A DNA stretch of 64,000 bases. Source: a virus (Duplodnaviria; Caudoviricetes). Position 1 is the stretch's first letter. Every line of letters begins with the position of its first letter. The translations under genes were made by a program, and so were the position numbers. The notes beneath the pieces were generated by a model that saw only the letters and a list, made by a program, of their open reading frames with translations, had not been told where the DNA came from and made no database searches. Where the stretch lies: IMG/VR virus record IMGVR_UViG_3300049580_000022, positions 2,017 to 66,016 of that record. One strand, given 5' to 3'. This document shows, one piece after another, positions 45,327 through 54,757 of this stretch.

Positions 45327-45398
45327 TGCATCTCCTTGCGGAGCCGCCCGGCGCACACGCGCGCGATGTCAGCCCCTTCGTCTGGCGTTCGACATCTT

Positions 45399-45410
45399 CT
45401 TTCGTCTTTC
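45399..45410 (-). promoter_or_regulatory. GAAAGACGAAAG leader motif, copy 5
   Basis: Exact; intergenic, 72 nt before the scaffold ATG. Confidence 0.65.
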
Positions 45411-45436
45411 TTCTTTCGGGAGGAAGCGTTGCCCGG

Positions 45437-45667
45437 TTAGGCAAGCTCGACATCAACGGCGCAGTCGCGTCCGTTGAATTGGCCGACATTGCACAGAAGG
45501 TGGACTCCTTTCAAGAGTCTGTCCGGTGGGACATGTCCCTTCCGCACCTCGTAAGCGTGGATGTAGAGGTCGTGAGGATAGCCGTCGAGCTTGAGGAACC
45601 CATGCCCTTTGTCCCGGCTATACCAGATGACCTCGGCCCGATGTTTCGATTTTGCGTGCGCGCTCAT
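45437..45667 (-). CDS. Cold-shock (CSD) domain protein
   Basis: VIWYSRDKGHGFL (RNP1-like), DLYIHAYEV (RNP2-like), AVDVEL. Confidence 0.85.
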   Translation of the reverse strand: MSAHAKSKHRAEVIWYSRDKGHGFLKLDGYPHDLYIHAYEVRKGHVPPDRLLKGVHLLCNVGQFNGRDCAVDVELA

Positions 45668-45668
45668 A

Positions 45669-46157
45669 TCACCGTTCCAGCTTGAAATCCCACGGGTTTG
45701 CACCCTTTTCAGTGGGGATGCGTCCCAGCAGCGTTTCATCGTTCATCACGATAAGCCGCGTGTCTTTCCACTTCATCCGCTGGTAGCTGTTGAGCGGGTA
45801 GAGCCACCACTCGCCACGCTTGGGAATGTCCGCTTGGGTTAAGCCCATCTCGGCGTATTTCTGATGCTTGTAGGCCAGCGGGCCGAGCGCAACGATTCGC
45901 CCAACGTAGGTGAGATATTCGTCCAGTTCCTGGCGCACCTGCGGGATGAGGATGCCGCCTTCCGACACCATCGCCGGCCGCAGCGGCATGACAAGGATGC
46001 GCCAGCCGAACACCCGCACAACACCTTCGGGGTCAGGTAGTGGCGTGCGCTCATCGTTCGTCCAGTCGAGGCCGCTATCGGCGCCACGCTCTTCCACGCC
46101 TATGTCATCCAAGCCGCTTGTGCCCAGCGCACCCAGAATGTCCTTTTCGTCGTTCAT
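45669..46157 (-). CDS. GroES-like co-chaperonin
   Basis: GWRILVMP...SEGGILIP...VGRIVALGPLAY...IVMNDETLLG. Confidence 0.85.
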   Translation of the reverse strand: MNDEKDILGALGTSGLDDIGVEERGADSGLDWTNDERTPLPDPEGVVRVFGWRILVMPLRPAMVSEGGILIPQVRQELDEYLTYVGRIVALGPLAYKHQKYAEMGLTQADIPKRGEWWLYPLNSYQRMKWKDTRLIVMNDETLLGRIPTEKGANPWDFKLER

Positions 46158-46336
46158 CAGTCGTCTTCCTCTTCCTCACCTGCAAGCATTTCGATTTCCG
46201 CTTGCGTTCGCTTGTAAAGCCGGAGCGCCATTGTGGCCGCCCGGTATTCGAGTTCGTTCATCTGCCCCGTTAAGATCATGCGCTCCTGATCGGCTACGAG
46301 GCGCGTCATGTATTCACGAAGCTTCTTGTTCTTCAT
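46157..46336 (-). CDS. 59-aa hypothetical protein (not in ORF track)
   Basis: MKNKKLREYMTRLV...LEYRAATMAL...EEEEDD; TGATG coupling to the GroES-like gene. Confidence 0.6.
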   Translation of the reverse strand: MKNKKLREYMTRLVADQERMILTGQMNELEYRAATMALRLYKRTQAEIEMLAGEEEEDD

Positions 46337-46616
46337 GTCCGCTGTCGTAGAGAAGTTTCTGGTTCGGCGTCATGTCGCCCAGCGCCCGCTGGGGGTCGAG
46401 ACGATCTTCGCCGGCGGTCGCGATGGGCGACGGTCCATTGCCTGAGCCGCCCGAAAGCAGGAGCGCCAGATAGTTCAAGGTCTGAGAGAACGTCTTACCC
46501 GTTTCCTTCGCCACGGCCACGAAGCGCCGCGGTGCGATGTCGGACGTGCGCACGCCGCGCTGTTGCAGGAAGGCGCGCGCTTGACGGATTTCCAGTGGCG
46601 TCACGGCTGCGGTCAT
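46314..46616 (-). CDS. Hypothetical protein
   Basis: ATGA-coupled start at 46616. Confidence 0.65.
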   Translation of the reverse strand: MTAAVTPLEIRQARAFLQQRGVRTSDIAPRRFVAVAKETGKTFSQTLNYLALLLSGGSGNGPSPIATAGEDRLDPQRALGDMTPNQKLLYDSGHEEQEAS

Positions 46617-47044
46617 AGACTGAGGCTCCTTACGCTTCCGCCACTCCATCCATCCACTTTCATGGCGATGGCAACGGCCTCGCGGGCATCGGCGCCCATG
46701 TAGAGCGCGCCGTATGCCGCCGCGGCTCCGCTTCCCCACGCTGCAAAGGTGCGGATCGTGAGCCGGAAATAACCGTGCTGTTCATAGATGCGCGCCTTTG
46801 TGCGGCTATAAATCTCCACAACGCGGGTGCTGTCGTTCTTGATGGTTGGAAGCGGCCATGGATGCTTCGTCTCTGCGAGAATCCGGGCAAAATCGCAGCC
46901 CTCCGCATAATCGCCTGTGACGGCAAGGAGACGCCCATCTTCGGTTTTCCACGCCTTGGGGCAAGGATTGGGCGTTTTCATCTCGCCTTGAGACATGAGC
47001 GTGTCGAACGCCAGCACGCCATCCCGATAGACAATGGTGGTCAT
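46613..47044 (-). CDS. Proteasome-beta/HslV-like Ntn peptidase
   Basis: N-terminal M-TTIVYRDGVLAFD; AWGSGAAAAYGAL..GADAREAV.IA.KVD.WSGG. Confidence 0.75.
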   Translation of the reverse strand: MTTIVYRDGVLAFDTLMSQGEMKTPNPCPKAWKTEDGRLLAVTGDYAEGCDFARILAETKHPWPLPTIKNDSTRVVEIYSRTKARIYEQHGYFRLTIRTFAAWGSGAAAAYGALYMGADAREAVAIAMKVDGWSGGSVRSLSL

Positions 47045-47298
47045 GCGTCACTCCCATCGCTCAGGCCCACCAGCGTCACCCGGTCTAGCAGGTTGATGGA
47101 CGATACCAGCTTGGAGCGCGCGCCTATCGCTTGGGTATAGCGGGCGTGCTGGGCATTCAGCCATGCCTCGGCTGTCGCACGATCGACATTGCCCAAGCTG
47201 ACTTCCGGCTTGACGGCTTTCGGGTCCAGCACCTGCTTGTAGAGCGGCTGCAAGTCCGTGAAGGACGCATCCTTGGAATGATCGAAGGTGAACGTCAT
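47041..47298 (-). CDS. Hypothetical protein
   Basis: ATGA-coupled on both sides. Confidence 0.6.
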   Translation of the reverse strand: MTFTFDHSKDASFTDLQPLYKQVLDPKAVKPEVSLGNVDRATAEAWLNAQHARYTQAIGARSKLVSSINLLDRVTLVGLSDGSDA

Positions 47299-47540
47299 GC
47301 GCGGCCTCCGGGCGTGATGATGCGAGGCTGCGGCACTTCCATGAAATTGCCGCTGATCTGCACGAAGGCAATGAGGTTGGCGCGGAAGAACCGCACCGGT
47401 CGATTGTGCGCCTTGTCGATCAAGTCGATGAACCCACGCTCTGTCAGAATGTCACGCGCTTCCTCAAAGGTCTGGAAAACGTCGCTTGTGCAGCGCACGG
47501 CCCCGATAGCCGACACGCAATCCACTTCAAGCTTTGCCAT
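47295..47540 (-). CDS. Hypothetical protein
   Basis: Follows the portal gene; ends PRIITPGGRA. Confidence 0.6.
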   Translation of the reverse strand: MAKLEVDCVSAIGAVRCTSDVFQTFEEARDILTERGFIDLIDKAHNRPVRFFRANLIAFVQISGNFMEVPQPRIITPGGRA

Positions 47541-47543
47541 CTT

Positions 47544-47555
47544 CTTTCGTCTTTC
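47544..47555 (-). promoter_or_regulatory. GAAAGACGAAAG leader motif, copy 6
   Basis: Exact; intergenic, 3 nt before ATG 47540. Confidence 0.65.
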
Positions 47556-47561
47556 TGCCCA

Positions 47562-50003
47562 TCATTGGGCGGCTGGTGGTAACGGCGGCCCTGCTTCCTG
47601 GGCACCAATGTCTGGTTGCGGGGCGGGCGCAGCGGCTTGCATTTCCTTGTCGATTTGCCCTGCCTGAGCGGCGCCGGGCTGTATGGCACCTCCGGCTTTC
47701 GCCAACGATGCCACGCCGGCCGCGACGTTCTTGAAGATGTTGGCCTTGGTTTCATCGTCCGAGAGATTGTCCTTCTCGGCATCTGCGGGCGGGATTGTGA
47801 GGCCGGAGGATTGCATGAACGCGCCCACCATCTGGGCCGCCGCCTGGGCGATGGCATTCGCGGGGATGGGCGATTGATCGGGGTTGTCGAGCGGCGTGCC
47901 CGGCGGGGCTGCGATGTTGATAGGCGGCACGGGAACGCCAGCGCCGCGGTAGATGTCCGCCTGCTTGAGCGCGAGATGCTGGGCAATGTGGGCGATCATG
48001 GCCGGTCCCAGCGCCTGCTGGGCCTGTGGCAAGCCACCGAATTGCGGGTGCTGCATGAATGCCATGTGGACGGCAAGATGCGCGTCATGGTCCTGGCCCT
48101 CGATCGCCACCGCAGGGTGGCCGGTTGCCATGGCGGCATTCTCCGTCACCGGGTCGATGTCGGGCAGCTTCTCGCTGTCGATCAGGACGGTATCAATCTC
48201 CGGGTCTTTGAGCGCGGTAAGGAGCGAGCGCAAGACGGGCGTGCGGCGAAAGTCTTGCGGATTGTCCCGGAAAAGCTGGTAACGCGCCTGCGCCAGCGCG
48301 ATGCGCTGCGTCTGGCTGAAAATGTTGGGATCGCTCACCGGTTCGGCACCGGTAATCTTCTCGTTGTAATCCTGCTGATAAACCGCGAGGTCTTCGCCCG
48401 GCACGGTATATTCGTAGCCTTCCGCAGGAATGAACTTGGCATTGAGCTTGTAGAGAATGCGCAACTCCACGCCGTTGGAGAAATGCGCGCGCTTGTGAAT
48501 GCCCGAATAGACCTTCATGCCCTGTTCGATGAGGGCGACGATCGATCCGACCGGCGCACCCTTGGCATCTTGCTGGCCGGTCAAGAGGTCTGTGGTGGAG
48601 GCGAATTTCTGCGCCAAATCCACCAGCGTTCCGAACAGCTTGTAGAGCGCTTCGCTGGGTTCCTTGAACGGCGGCGTGTGGAACGCCTTCGCAAGCTCAT
48701 CCGATGTCATGTCCACATCGGTCCACTGGCCGGGGCGCATGTGAATCTCGCCCGCCTTCGATGAGGCATCCTTGGCTTTGAAGCCGCCTTGCAAGTTCGC
48801 CCATGTGGCGCTGTCCAAGAGCGCTCGGAGCGTATCGGTGCCCGCTTCCGCCAGCGTGCCAAGCCAATGCAAAAGGCCCGTGCCGTAGGCTCCCAAGCCG
48901 GGCAGATACCAGTATTCCGCGTAGCGCACGCAAGGCAGGCGTAGCGGGTCTTCCTCTTCCCAGTTGCGGCGAATGGAAACGATCTTGCGGGAATCCTTTT
49001 CCATCGTGACCGTGTAGGGCAGCGCTATGCCGTCTGGGTCCGCCATGGGATCATCCGCAAGCACAAGGCGCAGATCGGTTTCGTAGAACGTCCACGCCAC
49101 ATCCTTGGAGGCTTTCTCGGGCGTGAGGCTGTCGGACTTGTCCATTTCCTGCTGGACTTCATCCGGCTGTTCGATGTCGCCAATTTCGTCCAACTGGACA
49201 TTCTGCGCATATGCGCCGGCGCGCTGGCCCAAGATGTATTCGTTCTTCTCGACCGGGTAACGATGGGTGGCGCGGGGCGCGCTTTGCAGATTGCGCGCGC
49301 CGTAGGGGAGAATGAGGTCTTCGGCTGTCACGAAGCGCAGCAAGTTCTGGTCGCGCACATAGTCGTGATAGCCCTTGCGATAGCCGCTCCCATAGATCGC
49401 CAGATAGAGCGCGAGCTTTTCGCTCTCCGGCATGTAGATCGGGTCTTCAACCGTAAGCTGGTGGTTCATGTGCTTTTGCACACGGTCGGCGGCTTCGCGC
49501 TTCTCCGGCGTTTCCTTGCCCATCACCACGGTTTTGCAGGGACCCTGGGCGGGAAAGATTTCTTCCATGAAGCGCGCCTGGCTCTGCACAACAGCCGTTG
49601 TCATCAGCGGTGCAATGACCGTGGACGCGCCCTCAAAGGGTGCGGTGCCGTTCTGCCAGACGTAATCCTTGAGACCGACAATCTCTAGCCCGCGGGCGAA
49701 GCGCTGATACCAGTCTGCGCGAGAGCGGAGGTCTGCCTCGATCGCTTCGCTCAGATCGTCTGCGATTGTCGTGAGGTCTGAGCTAGAGACGAATGCCACA
49801 AGATTTTCGTCATGCGAAACCGATATCGGCCCCTGTTCCTCCAATGGCCCCGACGCGCTGATTTCTTCCAAGGTGAGAAGATCGGCGTCCGGGATATCGG
49901 AGCCGGTCCCATCCATGAGCGTTGTCATGTCTGGGTTGCGCGGATCGGGTGCAGGCGCTGGCGTGCCTTGCACCCGCATGGCGGGGATACCGGGGCCGCT
50001 CAT
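47562..50003 (-). CDS. Portal protein
   Basis: SRADW...GL...PFEGASTVIAPLMTTAVVQSQAR..EIFPAQGP...EAADRV..HMNHQLT; PFKEPSEAL; APVGSIVALIEQG.KVYSGIHKR.H. Confidence 0.92.
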   Translation of the reverse strand: MSGPGIPAMRVQGTPAPAPDPRNPDMTTLMDGTGSDIPDADLLTLEEISASGPLEEQGPISVSHDENLVAFVSSSDLTTIADDLSEAIEADLRSRADWYQRFARGLEIVGLKDYVWQNGTAPFEGASTVIAPLMTTAVVQSQARFMEEIFPAQGPCKTVVMGKETPEKREAADRVQKHMNHQLTVEDPIYMPESEKLALYLAIYGSGYRKGYHDYVRDQNLLRFVTAEDLILPYGARNLQSAPRATHRYPVEKNEYILGQRAGAYAQNVQLDEIGDIEQPDEVQQEMDKSDSLTPEKASKDVAWTFYETDLRLVLADDPMADPDGIALPYTVTMEKDSRKIVSIRRNWEEEDPLRLPCVRYAEYWYLPGLGAYGTGLLHWLGTLAEAGTDTLRALLDSATWANLQGGFKAKDASSKAGEIHMRPGQWTDVDMTSDELAKAFHTPPFKEPSEALYKLFGTLVDLAQKFASTTDLLTGQQDAKGAPVGSIVALIEQGMKVYSGIHKRAHFSNGVELRILYKLNAKFIPAEGYEYTVPGEDLAVYQQDYNEKITGAEPVSDPNIFSQTQRIALAQARYQLFRDNPQDFRRTPVLRSLLTALKDPEIDTVLIDSEKLPDIDPVTENAAMATGHPAVAIEGQDHDAHLAVHMAFMQHPQFGGLPQAQQALGPAMIAHIAQHLALKQADIYRGAGVPVPPINIAAPPGTPLDNPDQSPIPANAIAQAAAQMVGAFMQSSGLTIPPADAEKDNLSDDETKANIFKNVAAGVASLAKAGGAIQPGAAQAGQIDKEMQAAAPAPQPDIGAQEAGPPLPPAAQ

Positions 50004-50009
50004 GGGAGG

Positions 50010-50387
50010 TTATGCGCCCTTCGGCTCGGCGTTGGCGAACTCCCAATAGTTCTCGCCGTTGCCGCGCTCGCTGGCGTGTTTGATGTTGTGATGCGTGATA
50101 CCGCGCCCATCTTCGTCTTCCGTGCGGATATCCACGATGTTGGAGCCGTCCGTTTCCTTGACGATCACGCCTTCCTTGGGCGGCTGATAGCCTGAGGCGG
50201 GACGCCCATCGGAAGCGACGTTGGCCTCATGGAGATAAACACTCGCGCCCAACTGCGGGATGTGCTGGACCGCCGCGCTCATTGCGGTGCCTTCCAGAAC
50301 GGCCACGCGCTTTTCGAGATCGGATACGCGCTGCGTAATGTCCAGCACACCGCCCACATTCTGCCCGCTGGTGTTGATACCGTCCAT
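50010..50387 (-). CDS. Hypothetical protein
   Basis: GGAG Shine-Dalgarno; lies between the accessory genes and the portal. Confidence 0.6.
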   Translation of the reverse strand: MDGINTSGQNVGGVLDITQRVSDLEKRVAVLEGTAMSAAVQHIPQLGASVYLHEANVASDGRPASGYQPPKEGVIVKETDGSNIVDIRTEDEDGRGITHHNIKHASERGNGENYWEFANAEPKGA

Positions 50388-50465
50388 GAGGATGCTCCCG
50401 GTTCCAAGTGATTCAGGATCGCACCGGTAGCACGGTTAATGGCGTTTCGCCACTAGACCTTGTGG

Positions 50466-51243
50466 TTAGGGTTTTTCGGGTGGGTAGAATAGATCGGAAT
50501 CTGCAAGCACGGTGCGCGTGATCGCCAGTCGTGCATGGGCACGAAAGCGCCGCGTCCCGCTCCCCGTTTGCATGTCTAGCTCAGGCGGGGTGCGCCATAT
50601 CAGCGTTCCGCCATCGAAATGGCCGTCCAAGATTGCGCGCTTGAGAGCGTGAAGTGCTTGGGTAGCTGTCTCAGCCCACGATCTTGGCGATCCTTCCCGT
50701 ATGATTCCTGTCAAACCATATGTCTGGAATGCCTGACCGTTTGGCGCAAATGCTCCGCAGCCGCCGTCCCATACCTTTGTGAAGTGCGCTTCGATTTCCT
50801 TGCGTGTCTGCTCGCACATGCGCGCCCATTCTATGGCAGAGTCGTCCGCTTGCATTTCGGGAAGGACCTCTTCACCGGCGCGCGCAGTTTCCAGCCGCGA
50901 GAACGCATAGAGCGGCCATAACTGGCGTATGCAATCCTCGTAGGAGAACTTGCGGCCAAGCTCATCATTGAAGTTCGCCGGATCGAGTGGCGCGGATTTG
51001 CCTATCACCACGAAGCCGTTGCGCATGGTGAGGACGCAGATCGTCATGGCACGTAGATGTGCGCGCGGCGAGTGTCCTATCCTGAGTGTTATCAGGTGCA
51101 TATTCGACCGTCGCCCGTCCCAGCGCATCAAGGCCGGTCGTAAAGGATTTCGTGTCGATCTGGCTTTCGATGAACGCCAGCGAAATACGGTTGTCGTTCT
51201 TCGCAATGGCGCGGCTGGCGGCATCGGTTTCTTCAACTGACAT
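50466..51243 (-). pseudogene. Gp49/Gp66-family protein split by a +1 frameshift (or recoded)
   Basis: N-terminal half (MSVEETDAAS...RISLAFIESQI) is in the 51243 frame; the family core (MTICVLTMRNGFVVIGKSA..DPANFNDELGRKFSYEDCIRQLWP) is in the next frame. Confidence 0.65.
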
Positions 51244-51255
51244 CTTTCGTCTTCC
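51244..51255 (-). promoter_or_regulatory. Leader motif variant GGAAGACGAAAG
   Basis: 11/12 match, abutting ATG 51243. Confidence 0.55.
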
Positions 51256-51257
51256 TC

Positions 51258-51467
51258 TCAGTGGAGGCGCAGGTTTCCATCTTCATAATCTTCGCGGCGG
51301 TCCATCGCATGATGGATGATCGCACCGCCATCATCGGTCGGAACACACCAGCATTCCTCGCTGTGAACGTGAGGCATGAGGTCGTTCACCGGCATGACGT
51401 GACCGGTATCGTATTGGCTCCAACCCATGCTGGCGAAGCCGTGCTGCCTGACATCTGTGCCGGTCAT
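51258..51467 (-). CDS. Small His/Cys-rich phage protein
   Basis: HVMPVNDLMPH...CWCVP...HHAMDRRE; ATGA-coupled to terL. Confidence 0.7.
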   Translation of the reverse strand: MTGTDVRQHGFASMGWSQYDTGHVMPVNDLMPHVHSEECWCVPTDDGGAIIHHAMDRREDYEDGNLRLH

Positions 51468-53188
51468 CGCCGCGCTCCGTAGAATTGTCTGGACGGCCGG
51501 CGGATGCGCGCCTTGGCCTCTGCTTCTTCGTCTATATCCGATCCCAACTCCACCCGGTAGGTCTGGCGGACGTAGATCATGGCGCTTGTCACTGTGTCGG
51601 GTAGATCGTCGCTATCGTCGGTCCCGTCGAAGCGGCACTCGGCGCATTCCTTGATGACATCCTGCGCCCAATTGCGGTTCATATACCAGACGGCCCCTTG
51701 CTCAAGCACAAGGCTTGCCATCACGGCGCGGGCGTATTTGCCCATTTCCTGTCCGCGGCCGCCGCGCGGTGCCATCCACGGCCAGATAGGCAACGGCCTG
51801 GGCTTGCGGATTTTGCGTAGCTCCTTGATGAGCCAGATGCCGGATGCCTTGTTTTCGATCAGGATACGGTCGGGGTGCATCCCGATCTTGGTTTCGTCTA
51901 TGTCTGCCGCCATTTCTGGGTCGGTCGGGTTCATCTCCAAGAGCGCGCGCTTCGCTTCTTTGCCGCCCCATGCGCCCACAAGCACATGCTTCTTGAGGTC
52001 AGGCGCTTCCACGCGATCCTTCCAGCGATCGAGCAGGATCATGTGCATTGAGGGGCGTTCGCCATCGCGCTCGCGATGCTCGAATACGCCCCATGTTGTG
52101 CGCGCGCTGTAATCGTTCCGAGTCTTCTCATCGAAGGCGGTATCATACATTTGGAAGACAAACAGGCATTGCGGCGGGTCCTTCTTCGGCCACAGCCGCC
52201 AGTGCTGCGACTTAAGGACGAATCCTTGGCTGCGGGTGGGCGTGCCCTGGTAGAGCGCGTTCCAATCGTCTTCGGTTAGCTGGGCTTTGGAGCGCAGCAA
52301 TTCTTCCTTGCTCCATCGCACGGGGCTGAAGGAATCGCCTTCCTCAAATTTGTGCACATGTTCCATCGCGCCGTATTCCTTGGCGACGATGTAGAGCTTG
52401 CGGGCGCTATCTTTGTCCAGGAAGGCCGGGATGTTGAGGACGGTCCATTTGTCCGCACCGGTGTTCTGTCTGGCCTGATCCAGCAGTCGGCCCGGCAAAT
52501 CGTCTTTCGCCCACCGCGTCATGCTCAGCACGATGGCGTTCTTTTCCGGCTGGCGCCGCGTGTAGAAGCCCGGCCCCCACCAGTTCCAAAGCCGGTCTTT
52601 CACCAGCTTGGAATCCTTGTCCTGTTCGGACATCGCGTCATCTACAACGCCCAGGTTAAAGCCTATGCCAGCAATGCCAGTGGTGACGCCGGCGGCTTTG
52701 TATTCGCCCTGCTTGCGGCGCTGGATGGTGGACTCCACTTGCGCCAGCGAAGCCCCGATTTCTTCCAAGCGCCAGCGTCCCGCGGCGCGTGCGGACTTGG
52801 ACATCTGCACACCGGGGAATATCCACCGGTAGGCGGGCAGCGCCATAAGCTCCCGCACATCGAGGGAGAAATTTCGGGAGAGCGGCGTGGAGTGGCCGAC
52901 CTGAAGGATTTTGTCCGATGGGAATTTGCCGCCCCACCATGAGGGCAGGAATATGGATGCCATCTGGGATTTGCCGGCGCGTGGCGGCATGGCGATCATC
53001 AGGCGGTCTATTTCGCCACGCGCGACCGCTTCAAGATGTTCGGCTATGACGCAGTGGACTTCCTCGATGGTAAACCACGGCGCGACTTCACGGATAAACT
53101 CGATCAGGCTTTCGCGGCATAGGACGCGCCGCATCTGCGCCCAATCGGTATCAAGCTCTTCGGGTGTCGCTATGGGGGTTCCAGCCAT
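51464..53188 (-). CDS. terL: Terminase large subunit
   Basis: Walker A MPPRAGKS; Walker B VVDD; VLSMTRWAKDDLPG; WNALYQGTP; YDTAF...DYSA; IENKASG; DDLPDTVTSA. Confidence 0.95.
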   Translation of the reverse strand: MAGTPIATPEELDTDWAQMRRVLCRESLIEFIREVAPWFTIEEVHCVIAEHLEAVARGEIDRLMIAMPPRAGKSQMASIFLPSWWGGKFPSDKILQVGHSTPLSRNFSLDVRELMALPAYRWIFPGVQMSKSARAAGRWRLEEIGASLAQVESTIQRRKQGEYKAAGVTTGIAGIGFNLGVVDDAMSEQDKDSKLVKDRLWNWWGPGFYTRRQPEKNAIVLSMTRWAKDDLPGRLLDQARQNTGADKWTVLNIPAFLDKDSARKLYIVAKEYGAMEHVHKFEEGDSFSPVRWSKEELLRSKAQLTEDDWNALYQGTPTRSQGFVLKSQHWRLWPKKDPPQCLFVFQMYDTAFDEKTRNDYSARTTWGVFEHRERDGERPSMHMILLDRWKDRVEAPDLKKHVLVGAWGGKEAKRALLEMNPTDPEMAADIDETKIGMHPDRILIENKASGIWLIKELRKIRKPRPLPIWPWMAPRGGRGQEMGKYARAVMASLVLEQGAVWYMNRNWAQDVIKECAECRFDGTDDSDDLPDTVTSAMIYVRQTYRVELGSDIDEEAEAKARIRRPSRQFYGARR

Positions 53189-53242
53189 GAGGCCGGAAGC
53201 TGTCAGGGTTCGTGTGTCTTCGCAACCTTGGATCGGTTGCGA

Positions 53243-53347
53243 TTATCTGCGTCCCCAGAGACTCACGATTATTGCCGCGAATGCCAAGATGACGGCTACG
53301 ACATCCAGCACCACCAAAAACTGAATTTGCGTCGGATCGCTCATCAT
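53243..53347 (-). CDS. 34-aa single-TM peptide
   Basis: MMSDPTQIQFLVVLDVVAVILAFAAIIVSLWGRR; ATGA overlap. Confidence 0.5.
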   Translation of the reverse strand: MMSDPTQIQFLVVLDVVAVILAFAAIIVSLWGRR

Positions 53348-53451
53348 TGACGCATCCACAGCCGCACCGCGGCGGCGATCAACACGATGGCGATAATGCC
53401 CCAGCCCATGGCAATCAGAACGCCCGCTAAGGTTTGGTCTTCCATTCCCAT
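53344..53451 (-). CDS. 33-35-aa single-TM peptide
   Basis: MGMEDQTLAGVLIAMGWGIIAIVLIAAAVRLWMRQ; GGAG upstream. Confidence 0.5.
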   Translation of the reverse strand: MGMEDQTLAGVLIAMGWGIIAIVLIAAAVRLWMRQ

Positions 53452-53565
53452 CTTCCAAACTCCCCGGCTTCGATACACACCCATGCGCCTATGATGGCGC
53501 CCCGCTCATCGTGGGCGCAAATGATCCGTCCCACGTCATACCACATGCGGCCCAACTTGGACGCC

Positions 53566-54186
53566 TCAGCCCTGCTTTGTGCTTCGTGCGTCTGGTTCAT
53601 GGCCCTTGCCGCCCTCGATCACCTGAATGCCTTTCGCCTGCTTTTTGCGATAGCGCTCAAGGCGCTCAAGGATGCGCGGGTCTTCCACATTCTTGGGAGC
53701 GGCTAGATCGGCCGGCGGCGGAGGCTGGAACTCGGTCTTGAACATGCCCTCTTCCATGCCCAGCAGATGCAGGGCGCGGAGCGCGGAGGCGGGCTTGTGA
53801 ACGAATACGTCCATGACCTCAACCTTTTTCGTGGCGGGGTTGAGGCGGCGTTTGCGCAAAGGTTTTTCACCCATGCAGACCTGGACGTTGTGAACGAGCT
53901 TATCCAGCACCCACTCCCGGCGCCCGACGCTCGCCTCGATCGTCTCAACCATGCGCTGGGATACCTTGCGCGCCGCCTGTTCTTTCAGGTAGCCGATGCG
54001 CGCGGAGACGAGGGGGTGATTGTAGAGGTGCGATGCGCTCACCTTGGCGGCGCGCGCCTTACTGAAGCCCGCCTGTCCATACGCCTCCTTGATGGACCCG
54101 CAGGCTCCCGTGGCGACGAGCTGGGCGAATAGCTCCCACTTGCCGCGATACAAGGGGACATTTGGGGGCGTGGGGTGCGTTAACAT
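53566..54186 (-). CDS. terS: Terminase small subunit
   Basis: ELFAQ...EAYGQAGFS...ASHL..HP.VSARI..L; WVLDKL; ALRALHLLG...GMF. Confidence 0.8.
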   Translation of the reverse strand: MLTHPTPPNVPLYRGKWELFAQLVATGACGSIKEAYGQAGFSKARAAKVSASHLYNHPLVSARIGYLKEQAARKVSQRMVETIEASVGRREWVLDKLVHNVQVCMGEKPLRKRRLNPATKKVEVMDVFVHKPASALRALHLLGMEEGMFKTEFQPPPPADLAAPKNVEDPRILERLERYRKKQAKGIQVIEGGKGHEPDARSTKQG

Positions 54187-54392
54187 TCGTCTCTCGGATT
54201 GCTGGGAACGATGAACTCGAAAAGCAGGATAAGCATGATGCCGAACGGCCAAAGCGCCACGATCCACGGGTCTTGACGCTCCCAGCCATCTATCCCGCGC
54301 CGCTGATTATGCGCAGAGATATCCACACCCATCAGGCACGCGCCAGCCAAGTAAAGCCACACGCCGATTATCCATCCCCACATGGCGCTCAC
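54180..54392 (-). CDS. Small 2-TM protein
   Basis: Two hydrophobic segments; GTGA coupling. Confidence 0.5.
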   Translation of the reverse strand: MSAMWGWIIGVWLYLAGACLMGVDISAHNQRRGIDGWERQDPWIVALWPFGIMLILLFEFIVPSNPRDEC

Positions 54393-54757
54393 TCCGATAC
54401 CTTGAGGTGGGTGAACTTGCCCTTCACATGGGCGCCGAAGCGCTTGCCTTTGGATGGCGCGGCTACGAAGGCGGCGTGGTGATCGGCGGTGAAATTCTCG
54501 TAGCGATAGATCGAGCCGGGAACCTGGTTCAACACTGGACCACTATTTGCACCCGGTTCAGGAGCCTTCCAATTCGCATGACGAAAGTTCAAGCGGCCAT
54601 TCTGCTGGGCGTCTTCGCGTTCGACATCTGAAGGCTTGCGCCAGAACTGCACGAACAGATGGTTCTTCGCCGGGTCGTGGCCTATGCGGGCGATCTGGCT
54701 TGAGCCGGTTACGTCCGTCATGAGCGGTAACACGGGCTTGCTAGGCATGTCTGACAT
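54389..54757 (-). CDS. KTSC-domain protein with insertion
   Basis: SSQIARIGHDP...LFVQF ... IYRYENF...F..APSKGKRF..HVKGKF. Confidence 0.75.
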   Translation of the reverse strand: MSDMPSKPVLPLMTDVTGSSQIARIGHDPAKNHLFVQFWRKPSDVEREDAQQNGRLNFRHANWKAPEPGANSGPVLNQVPGSIYRYENFTADHHAAFVAAPSKGKRFGAHVKGKFTHLKVSE

